Assembly (NCBI GenBank): GCA_016748015.1
Contig: JAAOMT010000392.1
Coordinates: 1 to 8,345 of the forward strand
Direction of reading: 5' to 3'
DNA length: 8,345 bases
Origin: Geosiphon pyriformis uo1
Lineage: Eukaryota > Fungi > Glomeromycota
The notes under the pieces are model-generated. The model was not told the DNA's origin. It saw nothing but the letters and a program-made list of their open reading frames with translations, and did no database searches. Shown here one piece after another: positions 8,192-8,345 of the stretch. Position numbers and translations under genes: made by a program. Position 1 is the stretch's first letter; the number at the start of each line of letters is the position of its first letter.

Positions 8192-8345
8192 ATGTCTTCC
8201 CAAACCATAACAAACACACAAAACACCATGGCGAGCGTTGAAGATATTAAACGTGAATTAGAATACGCTAAGACCCAGTATGATAAATGCGAGGAGAAGC
8301 TGAAGGAAAAGGAGGAGAAGCTGAAGGAAAAGGAGGAGAAGCTAA
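8192..8345 (+). CDS. E/K-rich coiled-coil protein, copy 2 (partial, runs off window)
   Basis: Translates as MSSQTITNTQNTMASVEDIKRELEYAKTQYDKCEEKLKEKEEKLKEKEEKL, a paralogue of copy 1. It is absent from the ORF track. Confidence 0.7.
   Translation, partial: MSSQTITNTQNTMASVEDIKRELEYAKTQYDKCEEKLKEKEEKLKEKEEKL
8291..8343 (+). repeat. ~2.5 x 21-bp coding tandem repeat (EEKLKEK)
   Basis: gaggagaagctgaaggaaaag twice, then gaggagaagct. Confidence 0.9.

Larger units (their letters stand above)
7385..8345 (+). repeat. Direct segmental duplication: 7385-7685 vs 7958-8345
   Basis: 7385-7442 = 7958-8015, 7440-7594 = 8100-8254 and 7655-7685 = 8315-8345 are identical. Copy 2 has 87 extra bp upstream. 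True spacing is unknown because of the N gap. Confidence 0.93.

Noticed and set aside
7595-8314. DGR-like template/variable repeat pair served by the neighbouring RT
   Set aside because: Differences are not confined to adenines of either copy, both copies are coding paralogues, and the RT is a dead LINE enzyme.

Overview
Eukaryotic, probably early-diverging fungal DNA. The protein style recalls Glomeromycota repeats, but that is from memory and unverified. Bases ~54-6990 hold one apparently full-length, ~6.9 kb non-LTR retrotransposon (LINE) on the minus strand. Its layout is: pyrimidine-rich 5' UTR; ORF1 (6835..4880; RRM-like domains, CCHC knuckle, C-terminal coiled coils); an ATGA stop/start overlap; ORF2 (4883..195; APE endonuclease, reverse transcriptase, RNase H, CCHC finger); a 123-nt 3' UTR with two hairpins; and an A18 tail. 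The fragments in the ORF track join into two reading frames broken by 7 in-frame stops and no frameshift. Catalytic residues of all three enzymes are altered by inferred G>A changes, so this copy appears to have been killed by transition mutation. To the right, past AT-rich DNA and a 20-N gap, lie two tandem paralogues of an E/K-rich coiled-coil gene (7532.. and 8192..), separated by a second 20-N gap. They share identical leaders but differ in a 60-bp, almost wholly non-synonymous patch.
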